Shown piece after piece: positions 37,849 to 48,240 of a stretch of DNA of 64,000 bases. Numbering within the stretch: the stretch's first letter is position 1; each line of letters starts with the position of its first letter. Under the pieces are notes generated by a model. The model was not told the origin of the DNA and did no database searches. It saw only the letters and a list, made by a program, of their open reading frames with translations. The position numbers and the translations under genes were made by a program. The stretch is from contig OZ241841.1 of NCBI GenBank assembly GCA_965202665.1, positions 1,024,001-1,088,000 on the forward strand. Direction: 5' to 3'. This stretch comes from Candidatus Spongiisociaceae bacterium (GTDB lineage: Bacteria > Actinomycetota > Acidimicrobiia > Spongiisociales > Spongiisociaceae).

Positions 37849-39087
37849 GACGATGCGGTGCCGGAGGCCACCATGCCCGGAACCGACTTCACCGGAACGG
37901 TGAGCCTCCTGCTGGGGACGCATATGGACCCCGTCAAGCAGATCATCGAAGGCTATCCCGCCGGAGGAAGCGGGGTCACCCCCGATGTGGAAGAAGTGAC
38001 CACCCCCGACCTGCGCAGCAAACTCACCACCTCTTTCCTGGCCGAAAACTCCCCATGGGACGCCGCTTTCGTCACCGCCGAACTGGGGGCGGAGCTGGCG
38101 GACCGCAACTGGCTGGTCAACGCTTCGGCCTGGGTGGAGGACAAAATCCGCTCCCGGGGCACGTTGCTGGAACGGGGCATGGGGGCCGTCGAATCCAAAG
38201 GCGCCACTTGGGCGGTGCCGTGGACGATGGGCAGCCAACTGCTGCACTGGAACGCCGGGATGATGGAAGAAGCGGGCCTGGACCCGGAGTTGCCCGCCAC
38301 TTGGCACGAAACCCCCAACTCGTGGGACACTTTCGTGGAATACGGCAAAGCCCTCACCGGGGAGCGAAACGGCGAGCAGTATTACGGCTACACCGACGCC
38401 TGGGCGGACACCCACGTCCTGTGGACCTGGGGCGGGATGCTGCACATGCACGGCGGGGACTTTCTGGACGAGGAGGGCCAGCCGGCTTGGAATTCGGACG
38501 CCGGGGTGGCCGCCACCGAAAAGTTGCACGACCTGCTCCACACCCATCGGATCATCGACCCGGCCGCCCCCACCTACACTTGGGTGTTCGACGCCGCCCC
38601 CGGCTTCCTGGGCGGCACGCGGGGAATGTTCATCAGCTGGCCGTTCATCGCCGGCATCGCCGCCGCCCCCGACTCGGCCATCCGCAGCGGGGTGGCCCCC
38701 AACCCGGCGGTGGAAACCAGCGGCTCGGTGGACGGATCCGAATTCTTCGGGGTGCCGGTGTTCGCCGAAAACCAGGACGAGGCGTGGCGCTTCCTGGAGG
38801 CAATCGTCTCCCCGGAGGGGCAGCGGATCGTGGCCATGGGCGGATGGGCCTCCATCTACAGCGACATCCTCAACGAGCCGGACATCGTGGCCGCCTTCCC
38901 CTTCTACCCGGCTTTGGCCAAAGCCTACGAGTATCCGGTGGACGGCGGATGGTCGGCGGACCGGCCCCGGTGGACGCAGTTCCTGTCCGACAAGATCCAC
39001 GAAGTCCTGAACAACGCCAGCTCCCCCCGGGAGGCGCTGGACGAAGCGGCGCGGCTGACCGTCGAGGCCCGGCAACAGGACGAGTGA
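37732..39087 (+). CDS. Carbohydrate ABC transporter substrate-binding lipoprotein (Tat)
   Basis: TRRQFL Tat motif, LLAAC lipobox, followed by two permeases. Confidence 0.9.
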   Translation: MFGQGSMGMTRRQFLRNGSLTALGSVGGLSALLAACGGDDDAVPEATMPGTDFTGTVSLLLGTHMDPVKQIIEGYPAGGSGVTPDVEEVTTPDLRSKLTTSFLAENSPWDAAFVTAELGAELADRNWLVNASAWVEDKIRSRGTLLERGMGAVESKGATWAVPWTMGSQLLHWNAGMMEEAGLDPELPATWHETPNSWDTFVEYGKALTGERNGEQYYGYTDAWADTHVLWTWGGMLHMHGGDFLDEEGQPAWNSDAGVAATEKLHDLLHTHRIIDPAAPTYTWVFDAAPGFLGGTRGMFISWPFIAGIAAAPDSAIRSGVAPNPAVETSGSVDGSEFFGVPVFAENQDEAWRFLEAIVSPEGQRIVAMGGWASIYSDILNEPDIVAAFPFYPALAKAYEYPVDGGWSADRPRWTQFLSDKIHEVLNNASSPREALDEAARLTVEARQQDE

Positions 39088-39133
39088 TCCTCCCCGTCCG
39101 GCCGGGTCGCCGCCCGGCGGAGGGGCCGGTGCG

Positions 39134-40063
39134 GTGAGCGCGGCGCGGGAGGGCCCCCCGGGGATTTCCCTGCGCCGCCGGGAAGTGCGGCTGGGCCTGT
39201 TTATGGCCCTGCCGGCCCTTCTGCTGGTGGCGGGGGTGTACGTAATCCCGGCCGCCGCCACTTTGCTGTTCAGCGTCAGCCGGGTGGGGGTTTCGCCCCT
39301 GCGCATCCGGCGGCTGGCGGGCTTGGACAACTTCGCCAACGCCGTCACCGGCGAAGGGTTCTGGTCCATCGCCTTCCGCACCCTTTACTTCGGCGCCCTG
39401 CTGACGGCGGGCGCCATGGTCGCCGCTTTTCTGATCGCCCTGCTGCTCAACCGGCCTTTCCGGGGGAGGGTGCTGGTGACGGTGGTGGTGCTGCTGCCGT
39501 GGGCGGTGCCGCCGGTGGTGTCGGGGGTGCTGTGGACGCAGATGTTCCACGCCGACTTCGGTTTCATCAACGGGCTGTTGCGGACCTTCGGCGGGGAGGG
39601 GGACATCATCTGGCTGGGCCATCCGCAACTGGCCCTGTTAGCGGTGCTGGCCGCCGAAATCTGGCGGTGGATTCCGTTCGCCAGCCTGTTCCTGCTGGCC
39701 GGTTTGAAAACCATCCCCCCCGCCCTGCGGGAAGCGGCCGCCATCGACGGGGCCGGGGCTTGGGGAACCTTCCGCCGCATCACTTTTCCGTTGATGTCCC
39801 CGGTGACCATCCCGGTGGCCATTTTCCTGTTCGTGTGGTCCATGAAAGTCTTCGACACCATTTTCATCCTCACCCGGGGCGGGCCCAGCGGCAACACCAC
39901 CACCCTCAACTACCTGGTTTACCAGCTGGGGTTTGAACAGTTCGACTTCGGTTCGGCCTCGGCCGCGGCCTATCTGCTCACCGTTCTCACCATTGCGGTC
40001 ATCGCCGGCTTGGGCTACATGCGCCGCCGGGCCCGAACTTTGACCGGCGGGGGCCTCCGATGA
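39134..40063 (+). CDS. Sugar ABC transporter permease
   Basis: EAAAIDGAG EAA loop, TRGGP. Confidence 0.93.
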   Translation: MSAAREGPPGISLRRREVRLGLFMALPALLLVAGVYVIPAAATLLFSVSRVGVSPLRIRRLAGLDNFANAVTGEGFWSIAFRTLYFGALLTAGAMVAAFLIALLLNRPFRGRVLVTVVVLLPWAVPPVVSGVLWTQMFHADFGFINGLLRTFGGEGDIIWLGHPQLALLAVLAAEIWRWIPFASLFLLAGLKTIPPALREAAAIDGAGAWGTFRRITFPLMSPVTIPVAIFLFVWSMKVFDTIFILTRGGPSGNTTTLNYLVYQLGFEQFDFGSASAAAYLLTVLTIAVIAGLGYMRRRARTLTGGGLR

Positions 40064-40893
40064 CCGGGCGCCGCCGCCGGGCCGCCTTCTTCACCTACGC
40101 CGGGGCCCTGCTGGTGGTGATCGTGATGGGCTTCCCCCTGTACGGGATCGTGCTGACCAGCATCCAGGAGGAGGACGACATACGGTCGCGCGACGTGCAG
40201 TTCGTCCCCGAATACGTTTTCACCGAACATTATGAGCGGGTGCTGTCCCCCGACAGCGGGGTGCCGGTGCGCCGCTCCATGGCGAACAGCCTCATCGTGT
40301 CGCTGGGGACGGCGGCGGCGGTGGTCGCCCTGGCCCTGCCCGCCGCTTACGGGCTGACCCGGTTCCGCCCGCCCGGCTCCCGGCTCATCAACGGCGTTTT
40401 GGCCTCGGTCTACATTTTCCCGACTTTGCTGTTCGTCATCCCCATCTTCCTGGTGTGGAGCCGCCTGGGGCTGTACGACACCTACCCGGGCCTGATCATC
40501 CCCTACACCGCTTTCATACTCCCGTTCGCGGTGTTCATGCTGGGGGCTTTCGTGCGGGCCGTTCCGGTGGAAGTGGAGGAGGCGGCCCGGCTGGATGGGG
40601 CCAACCAGCGGCAGATTCTGCTGCGGGTGGTGCTGCCGTTGCTCCGCCCCGGCATTTTCGCCTGCCTGCTGCTGGGGTTCATCCTGTCCTGGATCGAATT
40701 TCTGACCCCCCTGCTGTTCACCAGCGAACTGACCATGCTCACCGTGGCCTTGGGGCTGTTCCGCTCCACCATCGACATCCAAATCGGGCAGTTGGCGGCG
40801 GCGGCGGTGATCACCGCTCTTCCGGTAATTTTGACGACGGTGCTTTTTCAAAGCCAAATTCGCCAAATCACCACCGCCGGGGTGGAACAATAA
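40060..40893 (+). CDS. Sugar ABC transporter permease
   Basis: EEAARLDGA loop, TM helices. Confidence 0.93.
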   Translation: MTGRRRRAAFFTYAGALLVVIVMGFPLYGIVLTSIQEEDDIRSRDVQFVPEYVFTEHYERVLSPDSGVPVRRSMANSLIVSLGTAAAVVALALPAAYGLTRFRPPGSRLINGVLASVYIFPTLLFVIPIFLVWSRLGLYDTYPGLIIPYTAFILPFAVFMLGAFVRAVPVEVEEAARLDGANQRQILLRVVLPLLRPGIFACLLLGFILSWIEFLTPLLFTSELTMLTVALGLFRSTIDIQIGQLAAAAVITALPVILTTVLFQSQIRQITTAGVEQ

Positions 40894-40922
40894 GAGGGAC
40901 GGCGCCGAAGAGAGGAGGGAAC

Positions 40923-41684
40923 ATGGCCAACAGGGTGGACGTGCTGGTGCAGCCGGTGGTGTTGCGGTTCGCGCTGGTGGGCGACGAAATCGCTTATTTC
41001 TTCGCGGGCCACGCCGACGCCCAACTGGATGCGATGGAGCGCCATTTCGGAGTCGACCCGGCGGAGCAAATGCTGTTCGACGCCAACCTGGGGTTCCTGC
41101 CGGTTTCCACCACCGTCCTCATCCGGGGGGAACGCACCATCGTGGTGGACCCGGGCAACCATCACGTCGGTTTCTACGGGCAGCTGGGGGTGGCCCTGCG
41201 GCGCTTCGGGCTGACCGCGGAGGATGTGGACTTGGTGGTGTGCACCCATTGCCATCACGACCACATGGCCAGCGTGTTCCGGTTCCCCGGGACGGAACTG
41301 GTGCTGGGCGAAGGGGAAGCCGACTTTTCCAAAGTGTTGTACGGGCCGGAGGAAGCGGGGGCCCGCCTGGCGGTGGCCGGGACTCTCACCGAAGTGCCTT
41401 TGGGGGGCGAGATGCAACTGTGCGAAGGGGTGCGGGCGGTGTCCACCCCCGGCCACACCCCCGGCCATATCAGCGTGGTGGCGGACACGGCGACGGAGCG
41501 GATCGTCATCACCGGGGACGCGGCCATGACCCGCTCCGAATACGCCGGACGGGCGTTCTCCCACTGGTACACGGACGAACAACTGGGGGAACTGAACGCC
41601 AGCGTAGACCGGTTGCAGGCCCTGTCCCCCACTTTGGTGATGCCCGGCCACGACCGGGCCTTCCAACCGGACCCGGGGGACTGA
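40923..41684 (+). CDS. Metallo-beta-lactamase-fold hydrolase (lactonase-like)
   Basis: THCHHDH, TPGHTPGH, GDA, PGHD. Confidence 0.9.
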   Translation: MANRVDVLVQPVVLRFALVGDEIAYFFAGHADAQLDAMERHFGVDPAEQMLFDANLGFLPVSTTVLIRGERTIVVDPGNHHVGFYGQLGVALRRFGLTAEDVDLVVCTHCHHDHMASVFRFPGTELVLGEGEADFSKVLYGPEEAGARLAVAGTLTEVPLGGEMQLCEGVRAVSTPGHTPGHISVVADTATERIVITGDAAMTRSEYAGRAFSHWYTDEQLGELNASVDRLQALSPTLVMPGHDRAFQPDPGD

Positions 41685-41685
41685 G

Positions 41686-42702
41686 ATGGGGAAACTGCGG
41701 ACGGGAGTGGTGGGGGTGGGGATGATCGGCTCCTTGCACGCCCGGGCCTACGCCGAACACGACCTGGCGGAGTTGACGGCGGTGGCCGACGCCGACTTGG
41801 AACGGGCGCGGGCGGTGGGGGAGGAACACGGCGTCCCCCACTTCGGGAGCGCCGAGGAAATGCTGGCGGGGGCGGAAGTGGATGCGGTCACCATCGCCGT
41901 CTCCGAACATCATCGCCGCCAACCGGCTTTGGCCTGCGCCCGGCGGGGCAAGCATCTGTTGCTGGAGAAGCCGTTGGCCCCCGATTTGGAGGGGGCGGAG
42001 CGGCTGTGCCGGGAGTTGCGTCCGCTGGGCGTGAAAACAATGGTCAATTTCATTCTGAGGTTCGACCCCCGCTACCGGGCCGTGAAAGCGGCCGCCTCCT
42101 CCGGCCGGTTGGGAACGTTGCATTACCTGTCCGCCCGGCGGCGGGGGACGGCCCTGGGAGCGGAGATTTACGGCCCGTGGACCGACCTGCTCATCTCCAC
42201 CGGAATCCACGACTTGGAGGCGATGGCCTGGATAGTCGACGCCCCGGCGGAGCGGGTCTACGCGGAGGGGGTGTCCCGCCGGTCGGCGGAGTGGGGGCAT
42301 CAGGACGCAGTGGCGGTTCTGATGCGCCTGCGCGGGGAGGTCATCGCCGCTTTGGAAACCAGCTGGGTGCTGCCCGCCGGCGCCCCCGCCCCTTTGGACG
42401 CCGCCCTGCATGTGGTGGGAAGCGGGGGGTCGGCGGTGATCGAAGGTTCCAACAGCGGGCTTTCCATCCTGGACCGGGAGGGCTTCTCCCATCCCGACCT
42501 GGTGCATTGGCCGGTGGACGAAGGAATCTTGGGCGGGGGTGGCTTGGGCGGGGATTTGGCGGCGGCGGTGGACCATTTCATCCGTTCCGTAGCGGCCGAC
42601 CGCCACCCGCAGGTGGGTTTGGAGCAGGCCCTCTACGCCCACCGGCTGGTGGACGCCGCCGAGCGGTCCCTCCGGCAGGGCGCCCCCGTATATATGGAGT
42701 AA
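41686..42702 (+). CDS. Gfo/Idh/MocA family oxidoreductase
   Basis: GVGMIG, LLEKPLA, GIHDLE. Confidence 0.92.
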   Translation: MGKLRTGVVGVGMIGSLHARAYAEHDLAELTAVADADLERARAVGEEHGVPHFGSAEEMLAGAEVDAVTIAVSEHHRRQPALACARRGKHLLLEKPLAPDLEGAERLCRELRPLGVKTMVNFILRFDPRYRAVKAAASSGRLGTLHYLSARRRGTALGAEIYGPWTDLLISTGIHDLEAMAWIVDAPAERVYAEGVSRRSAEWGHQDAVAVLMRLRGEVIAALETSWVLPAGAPAPLDAALHVVGSGGSAVIEGSNSGLSILDREGFSHPDLVHWPVDEGILGGGGLGGDLAAAVDHFIRSVAADRHPQVGLEQALYAHRLVDAAERSLRQGAPVYME

Positions 42703-42733
42703 CCCCCGCCGCGCCGGGGCGGGGCGGGCCGGT

Positions 42734-44197
42734 TTACGCCGGGTCTGGAAACTTGTCCAGGGGCCACATGGGGCGGGGGGCGCGGTGGAATGTCAGACGT
42801 TCCAGGCGGGGGGAGGCGGCCCCGGGGACGTCCACGGTGATGGCGCAGGAGGAGGTGGGGTAGTTGGGACGGAAGTCGCTGCATGATTTGACGACGATGA
42901 TGTCCGCTTGTTCGGGGGGGAGGCCGACGAACCGGAAAGTGGCCGGGTCGGCGGTCCAGGCGGGACGTTCGGAGAGAAGCAGCCGCAGGTTGCCGGCGGC
43001 CAGCGTCGCATAGCGGCCCATTGACACTTCCATCCCGTGGAACCCGACCCCTTCCAACCGGTAGGAACCGGCCCCCGCCCCCGTTACGACGCCGGTCACG
43101 GAAACCGGGGGATGCCACCGGTCGTCCAAACCGGCCCCCGCCTGCACGGTCACTTCCGCTCCCGCGCCGGCCCGATGGCATTGTTCCACCGCCGCCGGAT
43201 CCGCCGCCGTGACATAGGAGACAAGGTCGGGGGCCAGGGCGGCCAGGGGTTCTATCAGGGCCGGGCTGTCCCCGGAGGCCCCGGCGGTGGGGGCGTCGGC
43301 CGACTGGGCCAGCAGAAAAGGGCGCACCCGGCTGGCCCGGGCGGCGGCGATGGCCGCCTCCGGCTCCAAAAAATCGTCCATGGTGAAATCGCCCCGCCGC
43401 TCCCAGATGCGGTCGGCTGTCGCTTCGGCGAACTCCCGGGCGGAGGACGGGTCGTCTTTCACCACCGCCGCCACTCCCAAACCCAGCTCCGGCACATCCA
43501 GCCAGGGTTGCACCGGAAACAGCAATAGGTCCGCCAAACCGGCCGGGGCTTCGGCCAGCGCCCGGCGGCGGATTTCCGCCAGAGGGCCGTGGTCGGTGTT
43601 CATCGTCTCCGCCGGGATGAGCATGGGCCGTTTCGCCAATCCGATGGCAAACCGCTCCCCTCCCAGCAGGCGCAGCAGCTGGCGGGCGGCCCGTTCCCCG
43701 GCGGCCGCCATATCGGTGTGCGGGTCGGTGTGGTAGGCGCTCAGGCCGTCCGCCCCGCGCACCATTTGGCGGGTGAGGTTGGCGTGCAGGTCCAGGCAAA
43801 CCGCCAACGGGACGTCCGGGCCGAGGAACTCCCGCACCTCGGAGATGATCCGCCCGTCGGCGTCGGGGAACCGGTCGGCGGCCATCGCCCCGTGCAGGGA
43901 CAGGGCCAACCCATCCACCGGTCCGGCCGCGGCCAGCCCGACGAGCAACATTTCCCGCAGCTCCCGGAAAGCGTCGGCGGTGAGCGGGCCGGAGGGCATC
44001 GCCCACGCCCGCAAAATCGGAACCGCCTCCGCTCCGCCCGCCCGCAATCCTTCCAGGATTCCCGCCATCTCCGAGTTGGTTCCCCGGGCGCCGGACGCCG
44101 CCTCCTCCCCCGTCGCCACGGTGAAATCGGACATCCGGCACGGGTTGAGCGAGAAAGTGTTGGTTTCCTGCAAAACGGACGCCGCCCCGATACGCAT
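42734..44197 (-). CDS. M81 family (MlrC-like) metallopeptidase
   Basis: QETNTFS, LHGAM, DLHAN, PHTD. Confidence 0.88.
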   Translation of the reverse strand: MRIGAASVLQETNTFSLNPCRMSDFTVATGEEAASGARGTNSEMAGILEGLRAGGAEAVPILRAWAMPSGPLTADAFRELREMLLVGLAAAGPVDGLALSLHGAMAADRFPDADGRIISEVREFLGPDVPLAVCLDLHANLTRQMVRGADGLSAYHTDPHTDMAAAGERAARQLLRLLGGERFAIGLAKRPMLIPAETMNTDHGPLAEIRRRALAEAPAGLADLLLFPVQPWLDVPELGLGVAAVVKDDPSSAREFAEATADRIWERRGDFTMDDFLEPEAAIAAARASRVRPFLLAQSADAPTAGASGDSPALIEPLAALAPDLVSYVTAADPAAVEQCHRAGAGAEVTVQAGAGLDDRWHPPVSVTGVVTGAGAGSYRLEGVGFHGMEVSMGRYATLAAGNLRLLLSERPAWTADPATFRFVGLPPEQADIIVVKSCSDFRPNYPTSSCAITVDVPGAASPRLERLTFHRAPRPMWPLDKFPDPA

Positions 44198-44431
44198 GCC
44201 CCCACCCTACCACCGCCTCACCCTCCGCCCTACCCATTTTATGTAAAATATTGTTTCAAAATCTTATCTAAGAAAAAATGTCGCATAGCGTTTTTATATT
44301 GACAATATGAAGCGAAACCGAAACTTCCGCAACCCCCCGCCGGGTCAAACGGAGATGGCGGGCCCAGGAGGATTGGCGCAAGGCCGGTCGTCCCGTCGGG
44401 CTCCGAACCTGTCTGCGCCGAGGAGCGGGCG

Positions 44432-44752
44432 ATGATCAACCTGCCGCCCTTTTCGCGACACGAGGTGCGAAGAATGGACGAGCCGCCCCGGGGTTGGCAA
44501 GTGGGTTGGTGGATTGACACCGCCTTCAAACACAACGCCTCCGAGGAGAGCATCCTCTCCGTCCTCCGCGATCCGCACTCCTGCAAATGGTTAGCCCCCA
44601 CCTCATTCGGTGACAAATGGATGTATATTGCGCCATATACCGATCTCTTAACCATGGACCTGGAAGTAGTATTCGAAGAAAGCCCCGATGGGCGCATCGG
44701 CAAGGTGTACCACGCCCTGCCCGTGAACGTGGAAACCCAAAGGAGGATATAA
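44432..44752 (+). CDS. Putative RelE/BrnT-like toxin
   Basis: TAFKHNASEESILSVLRDP..YIAP..LEVVF..VYHALPV resembles small actinobacterial toxins ('ARKHGI..LEV..IHAM'); TAATG coupling to the next gene. Confidence 0.55.
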   Translation: MINLPPFSRHEVRRMDEPPRGWQVGWWIDTAFKHNASEESILSVLRDPHSCKWLAPTSFGDKWMYIAPYTDLLTMDLEVVFEESPDGRIGKVYHALPVNVETQRRI

Positions 44753-44970
44753 TGACGGACGTGACTAATCAAACCCAACCTGAAGCCGAGGTGGACATTT
44801 ACGCGCCTCCCACGCCCGAAGACGTGGAACGGCTGGTATCCGAACTGGAAAGCGGCGCCCTCGACGAAGCCCGCCGCCAAGGCCGCATAGAGCACAACGC
44901 CAAATACCCGCACCGGCAAATCGACGTCGAATACGGACTGAAACCCCGCCAACCAGACGCAGAAAACTAA
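44752..44970 (+). CDS. Small acidic protein, putative antitoxin (copy 1)
   Basis: AGGAGG RBS; 72 aa, acidic, coupled to the putative toxin. Confidence 0.55.
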   Translation: MTDVTNQTQPEAEVDIYAPPTPEDVERLVSELESGALDEARRQGRIEHNAKYPHRQIDVEYGLKPRQPDAEN

Positions 44971-45093
44971 CCGGAAGGCCCCGCCCAGTCGAGAGCGCGT
45001 CGCACGGCATTGCGCCAACCCTCCGCGATCCGCACTCCATCCTTAAGGCGTGCCGCGCCCCGCCCGCGAACGTGAAAACCAAAGGAGAATAAA

Positions 45094-45312
45094 ATGGCGG
45101 ACATGACTGATGAAATCCAACCTGAAGCCGAGGTGGACATTTACGCGCCTCCCACGCCCGAAGACGTGGAACGGCTGGTATCCGAACTGGAAAGCGGCGC
45201 CCTCGACGAAGCCCGCCGCCAGGCCCGCATAGAATACAACGCCAAATTCCCGCACCGGCAAATCGACGTCGAATACGGACTGAAGCCCCGCCAACCGGAG
45301 GGAGAAAACTAA
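45094..45312 (+). CDS. Small acidic protein, putative antitoxin (copy 2)
   Basis: Near-identical to 44752-44970 at a 342-bp offset; preceded by two toxin-gene fragments. Confidence 0.55.
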   Translation: MADMTDEIQPEAEVDIYAPPTPEDVERLVSELESGALDEARRQARIEYNAKFPHRQIDVEYGLKPRQPEGEN

Positions 45313-46811
45313 CCGGAAGGCTCCGCCCAGTCGAGGGTGCGTTGCACGGCTTTGCGCCAACCGGCGTACAGGTTTTCCCGTTCGGAGGCGGACATGCGCG
45401 GGTTCCAGCGGCGGGACTCGCGCCACCGGTCGCGCAGCTCGTCCAAATCCGACCAGAAGCCTTCCGCCAGCCCGGCCCCGTAGGCGGCCCCCAAGGCGGT
45501 GGTTTCGTTCACCGCCGGGCGCACCACCGGCACATCCAAAATGTCGGCCTGGAACTGCATCAGCCGCTCGTTGACCACCATCCCCCCGTCCGCTTTTAAC
45601 TCGGTCAACTCCGCCCCCGAATCGGCCCGCATCGCGTCCAAAACCTCCCTGGTCTGAAAGGCGGCGGCTTCTAAAGCGGCCCGGGCGATGTGGCCCCGGT
45701 GGGCGAACCGGGTCAGGCCGGCGATCACCCCCCGGGCGTCCGACCGCCAATGGGGGGCGAACAAACCGGAGAAGGCGGGCACGAAAAACACCCCGCCGTT
45801 GTCCTCCACCGAAGCGGCCAACTCTTCCACCTCCTCCGATGAGGAGATAATCCCCAGATTGTCCCGCAACCATTGCACCAAAGCCCCGGCGATGGCGATG
45901 GACCCTTCCAGGGCGTAGACCGCCGGGCGGCCCGCTATTTGATATCCGACGGTGGTGAGGCATCCGGCGGTGGAGGGGACGATGTCGGCCCCGGTGTTCA
46001 TCAGCATGAAACAGCCGGTGCCGTAGGTGTTTTTGGCCTCCCCGGGGGCGAACGCGGCCTGGCCGAACAGGGCGGCGTGCTGATCGCCCAAAATGGCCGA
46101 CAGCGGAACCCCCGCCAACACCCCCCGCCCTTCGCCGATCCGTCCCACCGACGGGACGATCTCGGCCATCATGGAACGGGGTATCCCAATCGCCTCCAGC
46201 AACCCGTCGTCCCAAGCCAGGGTTTTCAGGTCCATCAGCAGGGTGCGGGAGGCGTTGGTCGCGTCGGTGACATGCCGCCCTCCTTCCGTTCCGCCGGTCA
46301 GGTTCCACGCCAGCCACGAGTCGATGGTGCCCATCACCGCCTCCCCGGACTGGGCCGCCTGCGCCGCCCCGTCCGTTTCAGCCAGCAACCAGGCGGCTTT
46401 CGGCCCGGCGAAATAGGTGGCCAGGGGCAGGCCGGTTCGCTCCCGGAACCGGTCCATCCCCCCGTCCGCGGCCAACTCGGCGCAGATGCGGTCGGTGCGG
46501 GTGTCCTGCCACACGATGGCGTTGGCCAAAGGGCGCCCGGTGTCTTTTTCCCACAGCAGGGTGGTTTCCCGCTGGTTGGCGATCCCCACCGCCGCCAAAT
46601 CGGAGGGGCGCAGGCCGGCCCGCGCCAGGGCCTCTTCCGTCACCCCCTGCACGCTTTCCCAGATTTCCAAAGGGTCGTGCTCCACCCATCCAGGCCGGGG
46701 GAGAATCTGCTCAAACTCCCGTTGCGCGGAAGCCACCACCCGCCCGTCGTGGTCGAAGATCATAAACCGGGTGCTGGTCGTCCCCTGGTCGATGGCGCCA
46801 ACCGCTTTCAT
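45309..46811 (-). CDS. glpK: Glycerol kinase
   Basis: [34 protein letters not shown]. Confidence 0.97.
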   Translation of the reverse strand: MKAVGAIDQGTTSTRFMIFDHDGRVVASAQREFEQILPRPGWVEHDPLEIWESVQGVTEEALARAGLRPSDLAAVGIANQRETTLLWEKDTGRPLANAIVWQDTRTDRICAELAADGGMDRFRERTGLPLATYFAGPKAAWLLAETDGAAQAAQSGEAVMGTIDSWLAWNLTGGTEGGRHVTDATNASRTLLMDLKTLAWDDGLLEAIGIPRSMMAEIVPSVGRIGEGRGVLAGVPLSAILGDQHAALFGQAAFAPGEAKNTYGTGCFMLMNTGADIVPSTAGCLTTVGYQIAGRPAVYALEGSIAIAGALVQWLRDNLGIISSSEEVEELAASVEDNGGVFFVPAFSGLFAPHWRSDARGVIAGLTRFAHRGHIARAALEAAAFQTREVLDAMRADSGAELTELKADGGMVVNERLMQFQADILDVPVVRPAVNETTALGAAYGAGLAEGFWSDLDELRDRWRESRRWNPRMSASERENLYAGWRKAVQRTLDWAEPSG

Positions 46812-46844
46812 ATCCGCCAAACCTACTCCCGTTCCGCGTCCGGA

Positions 46845-47423
46845 TCAGCCGGGGGCGGCGCGCCGACCGGCTTTTTCCGCCGCCGCCTGCGGGTCGGCGA
46901 CGAACATTTCCGCGGCGTCGGCCGCGTCCGCCGTCAGCAAATCCATTTCCGGACGTTCCCCGGCGGTGAACCGGCCCAGCACGTAGTTGACCGGGTCCAT
47001 CCGCCCCGGAGGGCGGCCGATGCCCAGTTTCAGCCGCCAAAAGTCGCGCACGCCCAAGGCGGCGATCACCGACCGCACCCCGTTGTGTCCGCCCGCCCCC
47101 CGCCCATGGTGCAGGCGCATTCGGGCGAAAGCCAAATCCATGTCATCGTGGATGAGCAACAGGTCGTCCGGCTGGGCCCGGTGGTAGGCCAGCAGGGCGG
47201 CCACCGCCGGACCGCATACGTTCATGCTCAGCCGGGGGATTCCAATCACCGCCGCCCGTCCGTCGATGACCACCCGGGCCTGGTCGCAACGCACCCGCCG
47301 CGGCCCCCGGCGCAGGCGCTCCCCCCGCCGTTCGGCGAGCAGGGCGGCCGCTTCCGCCCCGGCGTTGTGCCGGGTTCCCGCATACTCCGCCTGCGGGTTG
47401 CGCAGGCCTACGATAATTTTCAT
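46845..47423 (-). CDS. pth: Peptidyl-tRNA hydrolase
   Basis: TRHNAG, HDDMD, GGHNGV. Confidence 0.95.
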   Translation of the reverse strand: MKIIVGLRNPQAEYAGTRHNAGAEAAALLAERRGERLRRGPRRVRCDQARVVIDGRAAVIGIPRLSMNVCGPAVAALLAYHRAQPDDLLLIHDDMDLAFARMRLHHGRGAGGHNGVRSVIAALGVRDFWRLKLGIGRPPGRMDPVNYVLGRFTAGERPEMDLLTADAADAAEMFVADPQAAAEKAGRRAAPG

Positions 47424-47483
47424 CCGGTTCCGCCCGTTCCGCTCCGCCGTCCCGTCCCAACCGCAGACATCCGGGCAGGGGGT

Positions 47484-48146
47484 TCAGCCTTCGGCGCCGG
47501 AGTCCTCCTCGGCGGCTTCCGCGTCGGCCCCTTCTTCCTCCGCCTCCTCGCCTTCTTCGAGCTCGGCTTCCTCTTCTTCTTCCACCAGGGCGGCGGAGGG
47601 CAGGCTGACGGTGACGATGGTCTGTTGCGGATCGTCCAAATATTCCAAACCTTCGATGGCGGGCAAATCCGACACCCGCAGCGAATCGCCCACCCCCAAG
47701 TCGGAAATGTCCACCCCGATGGAGTCGGGAATGGAAGTGACCAGGGTGTTCACGTTTACGCTGTTGGAAACGGTTTCAATGATTCCGCCTTCCCGCACCC
47801 CCTCCGGTTCCCCGGTGGTTTCCACCGCCACCACCACGTCCACCCGGTCGGTGAGGGAAATCTTCACGAAATCCAGATGGATGACCTCCCCTTTGGTGGG
47901 ATGCCGTTGCAGTTGGCGGGCCAGGGAGGTGTGCTTCTCATCCCCCACTTCCAAGGTGATAAGGGCGTTGATGCCCGCCTCGGTGGACAGGACGCGGCGC
48001 AGTTCGCGGGCGTCGACGGCTATGGACACCGGATGCGAAGCCTGGCCGTACAAAGTGGCGGGGACCATCCCGGAGCGGCGCAACCGCCGGGAGGGACGGG
48101 TGCCGGTTCGCCGGCCGGTTTCGGCGCGCAGGGTTACATCGGACAT
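47484..48146 (-). CDS. rplY: 50S ribosomal protein L25/Ctc
   Basis: SRRLRRSGMVPATLYG, QRHP..IHLDF, acidic tail; adjacent to pth. Confidence 0.95.
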   Translation of the reverse strand: MSDVTLRAETGRRTGTRPSRRLRRSGMVPATLYGQASHPVSIAVDARELRRVLSTEAGINALITLEVGDEKHTSLARQLQRHPTKGEVIHLDFVKISLTDRVDVVVAVETTGEPEGVREGGIIETVSNSVNVNTLVTSIPDSIGVDISDLGVGDSLRVSDLPAIEGLEYLDDPQQTIVTVSLPSAALVEEEEEAELEEGEEAEEEGADAEAAEEDSGAEG

Positions 48147-48240
48147 TGGGACTCCTCGGATTGACCTCTCCCCCGGAATGTTTGTCCGGGGAACCCCTAG
48201 ATTAGCGTTTATTCGGAGAATAATGCCAACGGAGGGAAGC

